A DNA stretch of 64,000 bases from Candidatus Heimdallarchaeota archaeon. Lineage in GTDB: Archaea > Asgardarchaeota > Heimdallarchaeia > Heimdallarchaeales > Heimdallarchaeaceae. The DNA lies in contig JAHLWR010000001.1 of NCBI GenBank assembly GCA_019057815.1, forward strand, positions 128,001 through 192,000. The letters are read 5' to 3'. The notes below the pieces were generated by a model. It did no database searches and had not been told where the DNA came from. It saw only the letters and a program-made list of their open reading frames with translations. Positions 20,729-29,701 of this stretch are shown piece after piece. The position numbers and the translations under genes were made by a program. Each line of letters starts with the position of its first letter. The first letter of the stretch is position 1.

Positions 20729-22264
20729 ATGCACCAGGAAGTTACAGTTTTAGATGGAGATTCCTTAACTATTAATGATTTACTTGAAATTACACGTTTT
20801 GGAAAAAAAGTCAAAATCAGTGAGGAAGGCATAATAAAAATTGAAAAAGCAAGAAGAATTATTGAAGAGAAACTTGAGGAGAATGAAATCATTTATGGTG
20901 TTTCGACAGGTTTTGGAAAACTTACTAATACTATCATATCTCCATCTGAAAGAGAGACACTTCAAAAGAATCTTATTAAATCTCATAGTATTGGTTTTGG
21001 TCCTTATCTCCCTGATGAAATTGTCTTAGGTGCTATGGTTATAGAGCTTAATTCCTTTTGTACAGGAGGAAGTGGCATTCGAATTGAAACAGCTGAAATG
21101 CTTAAGAAGTTAGTCAATAAGAAAGTCATACCACTGGTACCTAGTATAGGCTCTTTAGGAGCTAGCGGAGATCTTATACCTCTTGCATATATAGCAAGAA
21201 TTCTCATAGGCGAAGGAGAAGCAAAATTAGAAAATGAGATACTCAAAGGTTCTGAAATTCTTTCAAAGCTTAATTTGTCTCCCATTGAATTACACGCTAA
21301 GGAAGGAATATCTCTAATTAACGGAACTCATGTACTTACTTCTTTCGCCGCACACACTGTTTTTGATTCTTTAAATATTTTGAGAAATTCAGTTATCTCA
21401 ATTGGTTTAACTTTAGAAGCATTTGAAGGTAACATCAATGCCTTCTCAGCATTTATTATGAATCTACGCCCTCATAAAGGACAAATAAGATTTGCTCAAG
21501 CAATTCTTGATGTTCTTGAAGGAAGCGATTTACTCATTAAACAACCAAAAAGAATTCAAGATCCTTACTCAATAAGATGTTCTCCACAAGTTCATGGAGC
21601 TATTTTAGATGCAGTTGAGCATTGTAAGAATCTAGTTGAAATTGAAATAAATTCAACAACTGATAATCCTCTGATTGACATAGAAACTTCAACAGTAGCT
21701 TCTGGGGGTAATTTTCATGGAGAGCCTATAGGGCTTGCTATGGATTATTTGTGCATAGCCATGACTGAGTTAGGGAACATCTCTGAAAGAAGAGTAAGTA
21801 TTCTATTAGATTCATCAATATCTGGACTTCCCTCCTTCTTGATAAAAAAACCTGGTCTAAACTCTGGATTAATGATGATACAATATGCTGATGCAGCTAT
21901 TTCTGCTGAAAACAAAGTTCTTGCATCTCCAGCTTCAATTGATAATGCTTCTGTATCAGCTAATCAAGAAGATCATGTTTCGATGGGTCTCACAGCAAGT
22001 AAAAAAGCTTACCAGATAGCCAAGAATGTTGTTCAAATGACAGCAATTGAAATTTATACAGCATACCAAGCTTTAGAGTATAGAGGAGATAGAGTTATTT
22101 CTAAATCATTAGAAAAAATATACTCACATATTAAGAACACCATTCCTCACCTTGAAGAAGATAGATACTATGATAAAGAAGTTGAATGGATCTCTGAGAA
22201 CATAGAGAGTACAAAATTTATTCAATTAGCAGAAGAAGAGTCAGAAAAACTTCTCGGTGATTAA
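20729..22264 (+). CDS. hutH: Histidine ammonia-lyase
   Basis: YGVSTGFG, NLIKSH, GSLGASGDL, QDPYSIR, SGGNFHG, NQEDHVSMG. Confidence 0.92.
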   Translation: MHQEVTVLDGDSLTINDLLEITRFGKKVKISEEGIIKIEKARRIIEEKLEENEIIYGVSTGFGKLTNTIISPSERETLQKNLIKSHSIGFGPYLPDEIVLGAMVIELNSFCTGGSGIRIETAEMLKKLVNKKVIPLVPSIGSLGASGDLIPLAYIARILIGEGEAKLENEILKGSEILSKLNLSPIELHAKEGISLINGTHVLTSFAAHTVFDSLNILRNSVISIGLTLEAFEGNINAFSAFIMNLRPHKGQIRFAQAILDVLEGSDLLIKQPKRIQDPYSIRCSPQVHGAILDAVEHCKNLVEIEINSTTDNPLIDIETSTVASGGNFHGEPIGLAMDYLCIAMTELGNISERRVSILLDSSISGLPSFLIKKPGLNSGLMMIQYADAAISAENKVLASPASIDNASVSANQEDHVSMGLTASKKAYQIAKNVVQMTAIEIYTAYQALEYRGDRVISKSLEKIYSHIKNTIPHLEEDRYYDKEVEWISENIESTKFIQLAEEESEKLLGD

Positions 22265-22266
22265 TA

Positions 22267-23127
22267 ATGAGATTCGCCATAATAGGGGACTTACACGGAT
22301 GTGTGAGCGACTTAAAAAGAATAAAGAGAAAAATTATGAAGTGCCAAGCTCTTTTTATCACAGGAGACATTGCGGGGACAATATCCTATTCTTTGATTCT
22401 CAAGTCCATTATTAAGAGTGGAAGAATCTCAAGGGAAAAATATATTGAATTGGTTTATGGACAATATCTTCATCAATTTACAGAATTTCAAATAAAAACT
22501 GCTGAAAAAATATTTGAGATCTTATTAGAAGTGAACATTCCAGTTTTCCTTACTCATGGAAATAGCGATACTAAAGGAGTTAGAGAACATCTAAAACTAT
22601 TAGCGAATGAAAAGTCAAATTCCATTTTCTATATTGGTAATTCAGTTGTTGAATATGATAATTGGGTTATAGTAGGTTATGGTTTCTGTTCTCCTGCAAA
22701 TTACAGAATGCCATTTCAAACACCAGGAGAAAAGGAGAAGGATGATATCAGAGAAGATCTTTCCAAATTGGAAATAAAAATTAAAGATCTTGAAACGAAG
22801 GATAATCACATCCTATTAGGTTTGTTCCATGAACCTCCAAAAGATTCCAATTTAGATTACATCCCAAAACAATCCGCACATTGTGGGAGTGAGCTTATTA
22901 GAGAGCATATTTCAAAAATGCATTATAATTATGTTTTTGCTGGACATGTTCATGAATCACAGAATTATGAGTACAAAAACAATCAGCTTTTGTTGAATCC
23001 AGGAGCACTAGTTGAAGGTAAATGGGCTATTATCAATATTAAAACTAGAGAAGTCGAGCTTCATAAATCACTTAGACGCCTTTCTTTTGGCAATTTAATT
23101 TATAAAATTCGTCATATTTTCAAATAA
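22267..23127 (+). CDS. Calcineurin-like metallophosphoesterase
   Basis: GDLHG, GD, GNSD, HEPP, GHVHE, NPG. Confidence 0.9.
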   Translation: MRFAIIGDLHGCVSDLKRIKRKIMKCQALFITGDIAGTISYSLILKSIIKSGRISREKYIELVYGQYLHQFTEFQIKTAEKIFEILLEVNIPVFLTHGNSDTKGVREHLKLLANEKSNSIFYIGNSVVEYDNWVIVGYGFCSPANYRMPFQTPGEKEKDDIREDLSKLEIKIKDLETKDNHILLGLFHEPPKDSNLDYIPKQSAHCGSELIREHISKMHYNYVFAGHVHESQNYEYKNNQLLLNPGALVEGKWAIINIKTREVELHKSLRRLSFGNLIYKIRHIFK

Positions 23128-23184
23128 ACACACTGTTTAAACAAAAATTTTAAAAGGACTTAATTTAACTCAAATATAGTTAAT

Positions 23185-24321
23185 ATGATTCCTGTTGTAG
23201 ATGTTAATATTAGAGAAAAAGAAGTTGAAGCAGTTATTGAAGTTGTAAAAAGCCGTTACTTAGCTGAAGGGAAATTTGCTCGAGCTTTTGAGGAGAAATT
23301 TTCAGAATTTACTGGGGCAAAACATGTTGTAACAGCTGTAAACGGAACATGTTCATTACATATGGCTATTACAGCTTTAGATATAGGTCCCAAGGATGAG
23401 GTAATAACAACCCCTTTTACATTTATTGCGTCCTCAAATGTTATTTTCTTTAATGGTGCAATACCAATTTTTGCAGACATTAATCCTGAAACGTACAATA
23501 TTGATCCTGAAAAACTTGAAGAAAAAATTACTAACAAAACAAAAGCTATAATGCCTGTACACATTTTTGGTAACCCTTGTGATATGAAAGCTATAAAAGA
23601 TATAGCAGAAGATTATGACCTTAAAATTATAGAAGATTGTGCTCAAGCTCATGACGCTAAAATTGATGGAAAACATATGGGGAATTTTGGAGATTTGGGA
23701 TGTTTTTCGTTTTATGGTACAAAAAATTTAGTATCTGGTGAAGGTGGAGCAGTTATCTGTAATGATGAAACCATTTATGAAAAATTGAAAAGTATTAAAA
23801 ATCATGGTCGAAACCCAGTGGGAGGGTATTCGCATTACCGTATTGGCTACAATTATCGTATAACAGATATGGCTGCTGCTATTCTTTGTGTTCAAATAGA
23901 TAGAGCTAATGAGATATTGTCTAGAAGACATAGGAACGGTAAGATCTACAGGAATCTTCTCGGTGAAATTGAGAATTTACGTATACAAAAAATCTTACCA
24001 GGACATCAACACTCCGATTACATAATGGCGCCAGTACTCCTTAATGAAAAAAGGAAACCAAAAGAAGTCATTGAATATCTTAAATCAAAGGGTGTCAGTT
24101 CAAGAACTATATATGAAACCTTATCCTACGAACAAGACTGCTACAAGGATTTGTCTACTTGGCATATGTCACGAGTTATCAATTATCCTGATTATAGTAA
24201 GGTTTCTTGTCCCAATTCTGAATACACTGCCCGTAACCATTTTGAAATTCCTATGGTTTCTACTTTAACCGATGAAAAAATTCAATACATATCTCAAACA
24301 CTTAGAGAATTTTTGAAATAA
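23185..24321 (+). CDS. DegT/DnrJ/EryC1/StrS PLP-dependent sugar aminotransferase
   Basis: NGT, PFTFIAS, IEDCAQAH, SFYGTKN..GEGG, GYNYR. Confidence 0.93.
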   Translation: MIPVVDVNIREKEVEAVIEVVKSRYLAEGKFARAFEEKFSEFTGAKHVVTAVNGTCSLHMAITALDIGPKDEVITTPFTFIASSNVIFFNGAIPIFADINPETYNIDPEKLEEKITNKTKAIMPVHIFGNPCDMKAIKDIAEDYDLKIIEDCAQAHDAKIDGKHMGNFGDLGCFSFYGTKNLVSGEGGAVICNDETIYEKLKSIKNHGRNPVGGYSHYRIGYNYRITDMAAAILCVQIDRANEILSRRHRNGKIYRNLLGEIENLRIQKILPGHQHSDYIMAPVLLNEKRKPKEVIEYLKSKGVSSRTIYETLSYEQDCYKDLSTWHMSRVINYPDYSKVSCPNSEYTARNHFEIPMVSTLTDEKIQYISQTLREFLK

Positions 24322-24337
24322 CCTAAAATTATTTCAA

Positions 24338-24541
24338 ATGGGCAACTATTGGTCATGTTGGTCAGAGAGAGGTTCTTATGCTATTGATGGTTCAGCTGGT
24401 GCTGTTGACATATACCCACTTGATGAATATTTTAAACATTCTACAGATGAAACTCAAATATTTTTCACATCTACTCTACTAATGGTAGTAGTTTCTTTGC
24501 TACTCACAAGGATTATCTCAAAAAAAGCAAAGAAAAAATAG
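24338..24541 (+). pseudogene. Isolated 3' relic of a NosD/CASH surface-protein gene
   Basis: GNYWS-x-WS..Y-x-IDG..D-x-YPLDE plus TM tail LLMVVV..LTRIISKKAKK, closely matching the end of 49091-50659 at DNA level. Confidence 0.8.
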
Positions 24542-25038
24542 AACAGTTGTTAGAACCAATAGCAGTTAAAAGAATAAGTGCAGTTTCTGAAACCATTTTT
24601 ATCAATAAAATACTAGGAGAAACAAGAATATGAACTTTGTTATTTTTTTACATCACATTAAACACTACTAGCCAGTTTTAAGATTCAAATGATTTCGTAC
24701 TGTCATCATAAACAATAAGATGGAATATTCACAAACTTTCTTCATATTATCCTTTGGGAGAAATTTTAAACCTGTAAATATATTAAATAAGATCTAATAA
24801 TATGAGAATAGTCTGTATAGGGAAGAAAATCAATAATGGAGTTAGTCTTGTCATGAATTGGTGATTCAGACAGTGAAGAAACTAACTCCAAGAGAGAAGT
24901 AGACTAGAGGGTTAATAAGAATTAGCTAAAAAGAAAAAAGGGTTAATATAAAGAATTTATTACTTTCAATGGTCTATGGACGGTTTTGACACTAAAAGTT
25001 TAAGTGTACATAAGTATATGTTAACATGGTGATTCAAA

Positions 25039-25458
25039 GTGACAGTAGAGGAGTATCAAGAAGAAAGAAACAAGAAAGAAAGTAAGAAACTAAAAGGAAA
25101 ACCCTCATTTGCTATTTTATGGGTAAGTTACATACACAAGAGAGTAGAAGAAGAAATAGATTATATGATGAACCCATATGGAAGAACAGAAGTAAGAACA
25201 CAAACTTATGAGCGCAAAAGAGAGAGTATAAGAGGGATAAAGGAACTAGCAGAGAAATATATAGAATATATGCAAGAGGTAGAAAGAAACCCAGAAAGAT
25301 ATTCGAGCATATTTGACGAGTGGGAGAGTTTCAGAGTAAGGATAGTAGACCAAGAGGAAGAAGAGATAGAGATAAATCAGGAGATAATAGCAGAGAAAGC
25401 TGTAGAACATATAGAGATACAAGAGATAATAGAATTAGAAGAGGAGGGAGAAAGATGA
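25039..25458 (+). CDS. Hypothetical Glu-rich protein (virus/MGE-like module, gene 1)
   Basis: GTG start after GGTGA RBS and TTTAAG box; purine-skewed codons. Confidence 0.7.
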   Translation: MTVEEYQEERNKKESKKLKGKPSFAILWVSYIHKRVEEEIDYMMNPYGRTEVRTQTYERKRESIRGIKELAEKYIEYMQEVERNPERYSSIFDEWESFRVRIVDQEEEEIEINQEIIAEKAVEHIEIQEIIELEEEGER

Positions 25459-25742
25459 GTTACGAAGAAATAGAAGAGATATGTGATGAGCTAAAAGTAG
25501 ATTCAATACCATTTTACAATGCGATAGAAATCAAAGGAAAAACAGTGATACTAGACAGAGAAAGACTAGAAGAAGAAATAGAAGCAAAAAAAGGAATGAC
25601 ATATGAAGAATTCAGAGAGTCAGAACATACAATAATGAACAATTCAGAAGAAGAGATAGAAAAGACAATAGACAAGTTAAGAAGCTATTACAAGGAAAAT
25701 CTTATCATTTTCATCAAGAAGAACACCAGAAGGGGGGAGTGA
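25455..25742 (+). CDS. Hypothetical protein (module gene 2), MSYEEIEE...
   Basis: ATGA overlap with upstream stop and GGAGG RBS favour ATG 25455 over the track start 25320. Confidence 0.7.
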   Translation: MSYEEIEEICDELKVDSIPFYNAIEIKGKTVILDRERLEEEIEAKKGMTYEEFRESEHTIMNNSEEEIEKTIDKLRSYYKENLIIFIKKNTRRGE

Positions 25743-25743
25743 A

Positions 25744-26697
25744 GTGATAAGAGAGAAAGAAGAATACAAAAAGATACCAATAAGATTGAAGGGGACGAAC
25801 AAGACAACAAAAGCAAATCACAAGGGGAAGGAATGGGGAAGGAAACAGATACAAAAAGGAGGGAATTGTATGGATACAGTAAGAGGGTGTCCAGCGTATG
25901 AAGACCAAGAATATCCAAGATGTAGGTGGGATTGCTACTCGGAGGAAGCAGTGAGAAGATACAAGAAGATATTCGGAAAACCAGTAAAAATGATATTGAA
26001 AGAAGAGCTATTGAGAAAGGATCTGAAAAAGTGTAAAGAGAGATGGATAAGGATAGGAGTAGACGGAGCACCAAGCTGGGATTGGGAACTAACAACAAGA
26101 TGTGCGGAAATAGTAGCAGAGAAGGGAAAGACACCGGTAATAATAACAAGGATGTGGAAAAGACCAACAGAAAGACAAATAGAGAGAATGATAAGAAAAG
26201 AGACGATAATAAACATAACAGTGTCAGCAGTAGATGAAAAAGAGGAATTAATAGAAAGGATAAAGCTAGCAGAAGAATATCAAGAGAAAGGGGGGAAAGT
26301 AGCTTTAAGAGTAGTGACATTTGCGTTCAAAGAAAAAGATGAAAGATGGGAGAAACAAGGAGAATTGATGAGAGGGAAAATACCAACATTGGAACAACCA
26401 GCAAGAATATTGAGAAAGACAGAGAAAACAAGAAGAAAAAATTCAATGTGGGAAGAAGTAGAAAGGGAAAGGTATAAACCATACCAAAGTTATATGACGG
26501 GAAAAAAGAATGCGAGATGGAGAACAGCAGGGAAATTATACGAAGGAAAAGCATGCATATCAGCATGTCCAGAATGTGAAGTAAAATGTATGGTGGGAAT
26601 ATTCCAACAAGAGAAAAAACAAACCTTAGACTTCTTTTTGACGGAGCTAATCAGTGAATCACCAGAAGGAGAGATTTTGGGGAGTGTCAGTAGTTGA
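25744..26697 (+). CDS. Atypical radical-SAM-like Fe-S protein (module gene 3)
   Basis: DT-x-RGC-x10-C-x3-CY, RIGVDGAPS-x-DW, VIITR, INITVSAVD, LRVVT, C-terminal C-x3-C-x2-C-x3-C. Confidence 0.6.
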   Translation: MIREKEEYKKIPIRLKGTNKTTKANHKGKEWGRKQIQKGGNCMDTVRGCPAYEDQEYPRCRWDCYSEEAVRRYKKIFGKPVKMILKEELLRKDLKKCKERWIRIGVDGAPSWDWELTTRCAEIVAEKGKTPVIITRMWKRPTERQIERMIRKETIINITVSAVDEKEELIERIKLAEEYQEKGGKVALRVVTFAFKEKDERWEKQGELMRGKIPTLEQPARILRKTEKTRRKNSMWEEVERERYKPYQSYMTGKKNARWRTAGKLYEGKACISACPECEVKCMVGIFQQEKKQTLDFFLTELISESPEGEILGSVSS

Positions 26698-26841
26698 CAC
26701 TTCTCCTTCTCCTCAAATGTGAAAGTATCCCTCTTTATATACTACATATAAGATTTATAAGTGAGAAAGAAAGTTCATTAAATCTTAGAGAGAAAGAATA
26801 AGAAGGAGAAAAAGTCTTAAACAGGAAAATTAACCATATTT

Positions 26842-27465
26842 ATGGAACAATGGCTAATCAATTTACTTTCAAATTTAACTGTTGTAACATTAAGTGGTTT
26901 ATTTGCTTTATATGTTATTCATCGTTATCAGAGAAATAAAGAACGGAGGGAATTAAAAACTGTTTTTTTAACAGAGATTTCTGAAATTTTTACACTTCTT
27001 AGGAATTTTAAATTGAATTTTTCAAATTGGGGAAAGTTGGTTTTTGTAGCTAATAAAGCATATTTTGGATTGCAACATGTGAAGAACGAAGACCAAAGAC
27101 AAATAATTAAAGAAATGTGGGCTACGAGTAATCAACATGCTAATGATGCTCATACTAATTTCTCAAAATATCAACTTCAGAATGATTTATTATTAAAAAA
27201 AATCGAACTAAATAGGAAAAAAAGACACATAATTTTGAGAAGAAAAAAACGAAAAGAAGAGTATGATTTTATGAAGGAATTAATTACTCTTTTAATGAAT
27301 TTGGGAAAAAAGAATTCTTCAATTGTTGAAGGAATAAGTAAAATGACAAAAGATGTGAGTGGTTTTACCGAAGAAAACATAAAGAAGGTAGAAAAAATTG
27401 CGGATGAGCTTATTAAAATATATCCAAAACTTAATTCATTTATTTTTAAGATGAAAATGAAGTAA
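26842..27465 (+). CDS. Hypothetical protein with N-terminal TM helix
   Basis: 207-aa ORF, single N-terminal hydrophobic helix, helical body. Confidence 0.7.
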   Translation: MEQWLINLLSNLTVVTLSGLFALYVIHRYQRNKERRELKTVFLTEISEIFTLLRNFKLNFSNWGKLVFVANKAYFGLQHVKNEDQRQIIKEMWATSNQHANDAHTNFSKYQLQNDLLLKKIELNRKKRHIILRRKKRKEEYDFMKELITLLMNLGKKNSSIVEGISKMTKDVSGFTEENIKKVEKIADELIKIYPKLNSFIFKMKMK

Positions 27466-27787
27466 TTCTTCATTACTCTTTTTTGGTTCTTCAAAATCTT
27501 TGCATCCCAATATTCTTGATTGGATTGTGGTCTTTTGTAACATTTTGGGCACCCATGCCAGAAACAACCATCACAAAATATTATAACTCGTTCTTTAGGA
27601 AAGACAATGTCAGGTTTACCTATGATTGGATAGTGAATCCTATACCTATACCCAAGATTCCATAAACTTGATCGTAGTTTAATCTCTATTTTTGTATCTT
27701 TTTCTCTCGATTCTTAAGAGATTTCAAGTTTTAGGCTTTGAAAAGCGCTTTTTTTATTATACAGAAACGTAGTACTATTGAATCAAC

Positions 27788-28054
27788 ATGAAAAACAATG
27801 AAAAAAAATATTATGAAAAAGTATGGAATGAGATAGAGAAAGAGTTAGATAGACAACACAATAGTCTGTGGAAAGAACATCAAGAACATATAGGAGATGA
27901 AAAAATGAAGAAATATGAAAAACAATGGAAAGAAATAGATGAAGAGTTAGCTAGACAACACGATATTCTATGGAAAGAACATCAAGAATATATAGAACTA
28001 TATAAATGGAAAATATACCGAATCCTTCTAGAATTTTTAACAGGTGATGAATAA
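27788..28054 (+). CDS. Small protein with tandem 34-aa repeat
   Basis: YEK-x-W-x-EI..EL-x-RQH..LWKEHQE-x-I occurs twice. Confidence 0.65.
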   Translation: MKNNEKKYYEKVWNEIEKELDRQHNSLWKEHQEHIGDEKMKKYEKQWKEIDEELARQHDILWKEHQEYIELYKWKIYRILLEFLTGDE

Positions 28055-28286
28055 AATAACACATTTTTCTTTTTTTTCTTGTTATTACCCTGTCTTTTTA
28101 TAATTTTCTTGTGGTAAGATTTTCAATCTGTTTCTGACCTAGGTTCTAATTCCGTAGAGGGATTTTTCAAATTATTATGCAAACTGAAAATGTATTACGC
28201 TGACCTTTTATTGATTTTTTTCTATTGATATATTATCAACTAGTGACATAAGAAAATCTATTAATCTGCTAGTATATAGTTTACTT

Positions 28287-28787
28287 ATGGTAGATTGGGA
28301 AGTTGCATTAGCTTTAGGAGCAAGTGGATTAACTTTTGTTTTATGGGTAATAACGACTTATTTATCATTTTTCAAGACTCGACCAAAACTAGTTGTTAAA
28401 GCTCCACGATATGTTGAGAAGAATAATGAATGGGCTATATATGTATACAATGAAGGTAATAGATCAACAAGAATGCTTGAACAAGAAACATATTTAATTG
28501 CTAAAGAAGGAAGGACTAAGACAATAATATATGGTAAATTTAGACCTGCAGATAGAGTAGATTATTTTGTTGCTGGTCCAGGAGCTTATCATAATTTCTA
28601 TACAATATATGAAAGAACCATATTGGATGATCTATTTGAAGGAATGAAAGCAAGAATCTACTTAGAAATGAAATATGATAATGGAAGAAAAACAAAAAGA
28701 TATAAGAAAAAAATCAAACTAGATCAAGAAGATTTTGAGAAATATAGAGAGAAATCAGAACAAGAGGATATTAATTGTAATGATTAA
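28287..28787 (+). CDS. Hypothetical protein with N-terminal TM anchor
   Basis: TM helix then RPKL-x-V...V-x-N-x-G-x-R beta-rich domain. Confidence 0.75.
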   Translation: MVDWEVALALGASGLTFVLWVITTYLSFFKTRPKLVVKAPRYVEKNNEWAIYVYNEGNRSTRMLEQETYLIAKEGRTKTIIYGKFRPADRVDYFVAGPGAYHNFYTIYERTILDDLFEGMKARIYLEMKYDNGRKTKRYKKKIKLDQEDFEKYREKSEQEDINCND

Positions 28788-28804
28788 ATAACGGTGATAA
28801 AGAG

Positions 28805-29701
28805 ATGCAATTCCCTCGAATCCTTGAAAAATGGAATTATGACATAATTAAGGAATTAGTTGATAAAAATTACTTCGAAACAGAATTCTTTGATTTTAAA
28901 GCTAATCTGCAAGCACCACTAAAGCAAGAGAAGATAGTTTGTGCTTTTGCTAATACAAATGGTGGATTTTTGATTTTTGGAGTAGGAGATATTAAAACAA
29001 CTGATAGAATTATTGGAATTGATAGAAAACGAGACCTGAGTAAAGAATTTTATGACAAAATTAGAATGATAAATCCTAGCATTAATTTTGAATTCAAACA
29101 ACCACCAATTCAAATACCTCATTCTGATAAAATAGTACCTGTGTGTTATATCCCCAGAAGTAATGAAAGACCACATATAACTAGAGAGAACCACTTTTAC
29201 ATTAGAACAAGTGGAGGTTGTAATGAGAAGATGAATTATAATGCAATACGAGAATCCTTCTATGGATTTGAACAACGAAAAATAAAAATCGAAATGCTTA
29301 GTTTAGAACTAGCTTATTTAGATATTATATTAAAAAAAATGATTGTACCTGAAAGTGAAATGGAAGATAAATACTTTTTATATGAAGCAGAGTCATCACT
29401 ACTAGTTGATTTAATGGGGCAGACTTATTCTGTTATTAAAGATGATTGGAGATTGATTTCCCTGCTTCTTGGAATAAGAGGTGATTTAGGATCATTAAAT
29501 CAAACCAGAAGATCTTTCTTTTTTGAACCATCAGTTCCAGTGATGGGTCGAACAGCGCTATACAGACAATATAATCAGAAAATAAAGGAGTTTGTTGATA
29601 TTTTGACTAAAAACATAAATGAAGCTTTAGCCATTCTTAAGGAAAAATATGGGATTGAAATACCAACTGAAAAAACATTCGTATTCAATAAGTCTGAATA
29701 A
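28805..29701 (+). CDS. AlbA_2/Schlafen-family domain protein
   Basis: ETEFFDFK, CAFANTNGGFLIFGV, RPH, FYIR. Confidence 0.88.
   Translation: MQFPRILEKWNYDIIKELVDKNYFETEFFDFKANLQAPLKQEKIVCAFANTNGGFLIFGVGDIKTTDRIIGIDRKRDLSKEFYDKIRMINPSINFEFKQPPIQIPHSDKIVPVCYIPRSNERPHITRENHFYIRTSGGCNEKMNYNAIRESFYGFEQRKIKIEMLSLELAYLDIILKKMIVPESEMEDKYFLYEAESSLLVDLMGQTYSVIKDDWRLISLLLGIRGDLGSLNQTRRSFFFEPSVPVMGRTALYRQYNQKIKEFVDILTKNINEALAILKEKYGIEIPTEKTFVFNKSE

Noticed and set aside
1649-23931. Many short ORFs nested in or antisense to housekeeping genes
   Set aside because: Fully overlap well-supported genes and lack motifs
25688-26566. Leu/Ser/Phe-rich minus-strand ORFs (25688-26320 and others)
   Set aside because: Antisense shadows produced by the purine-skewed + strand genes
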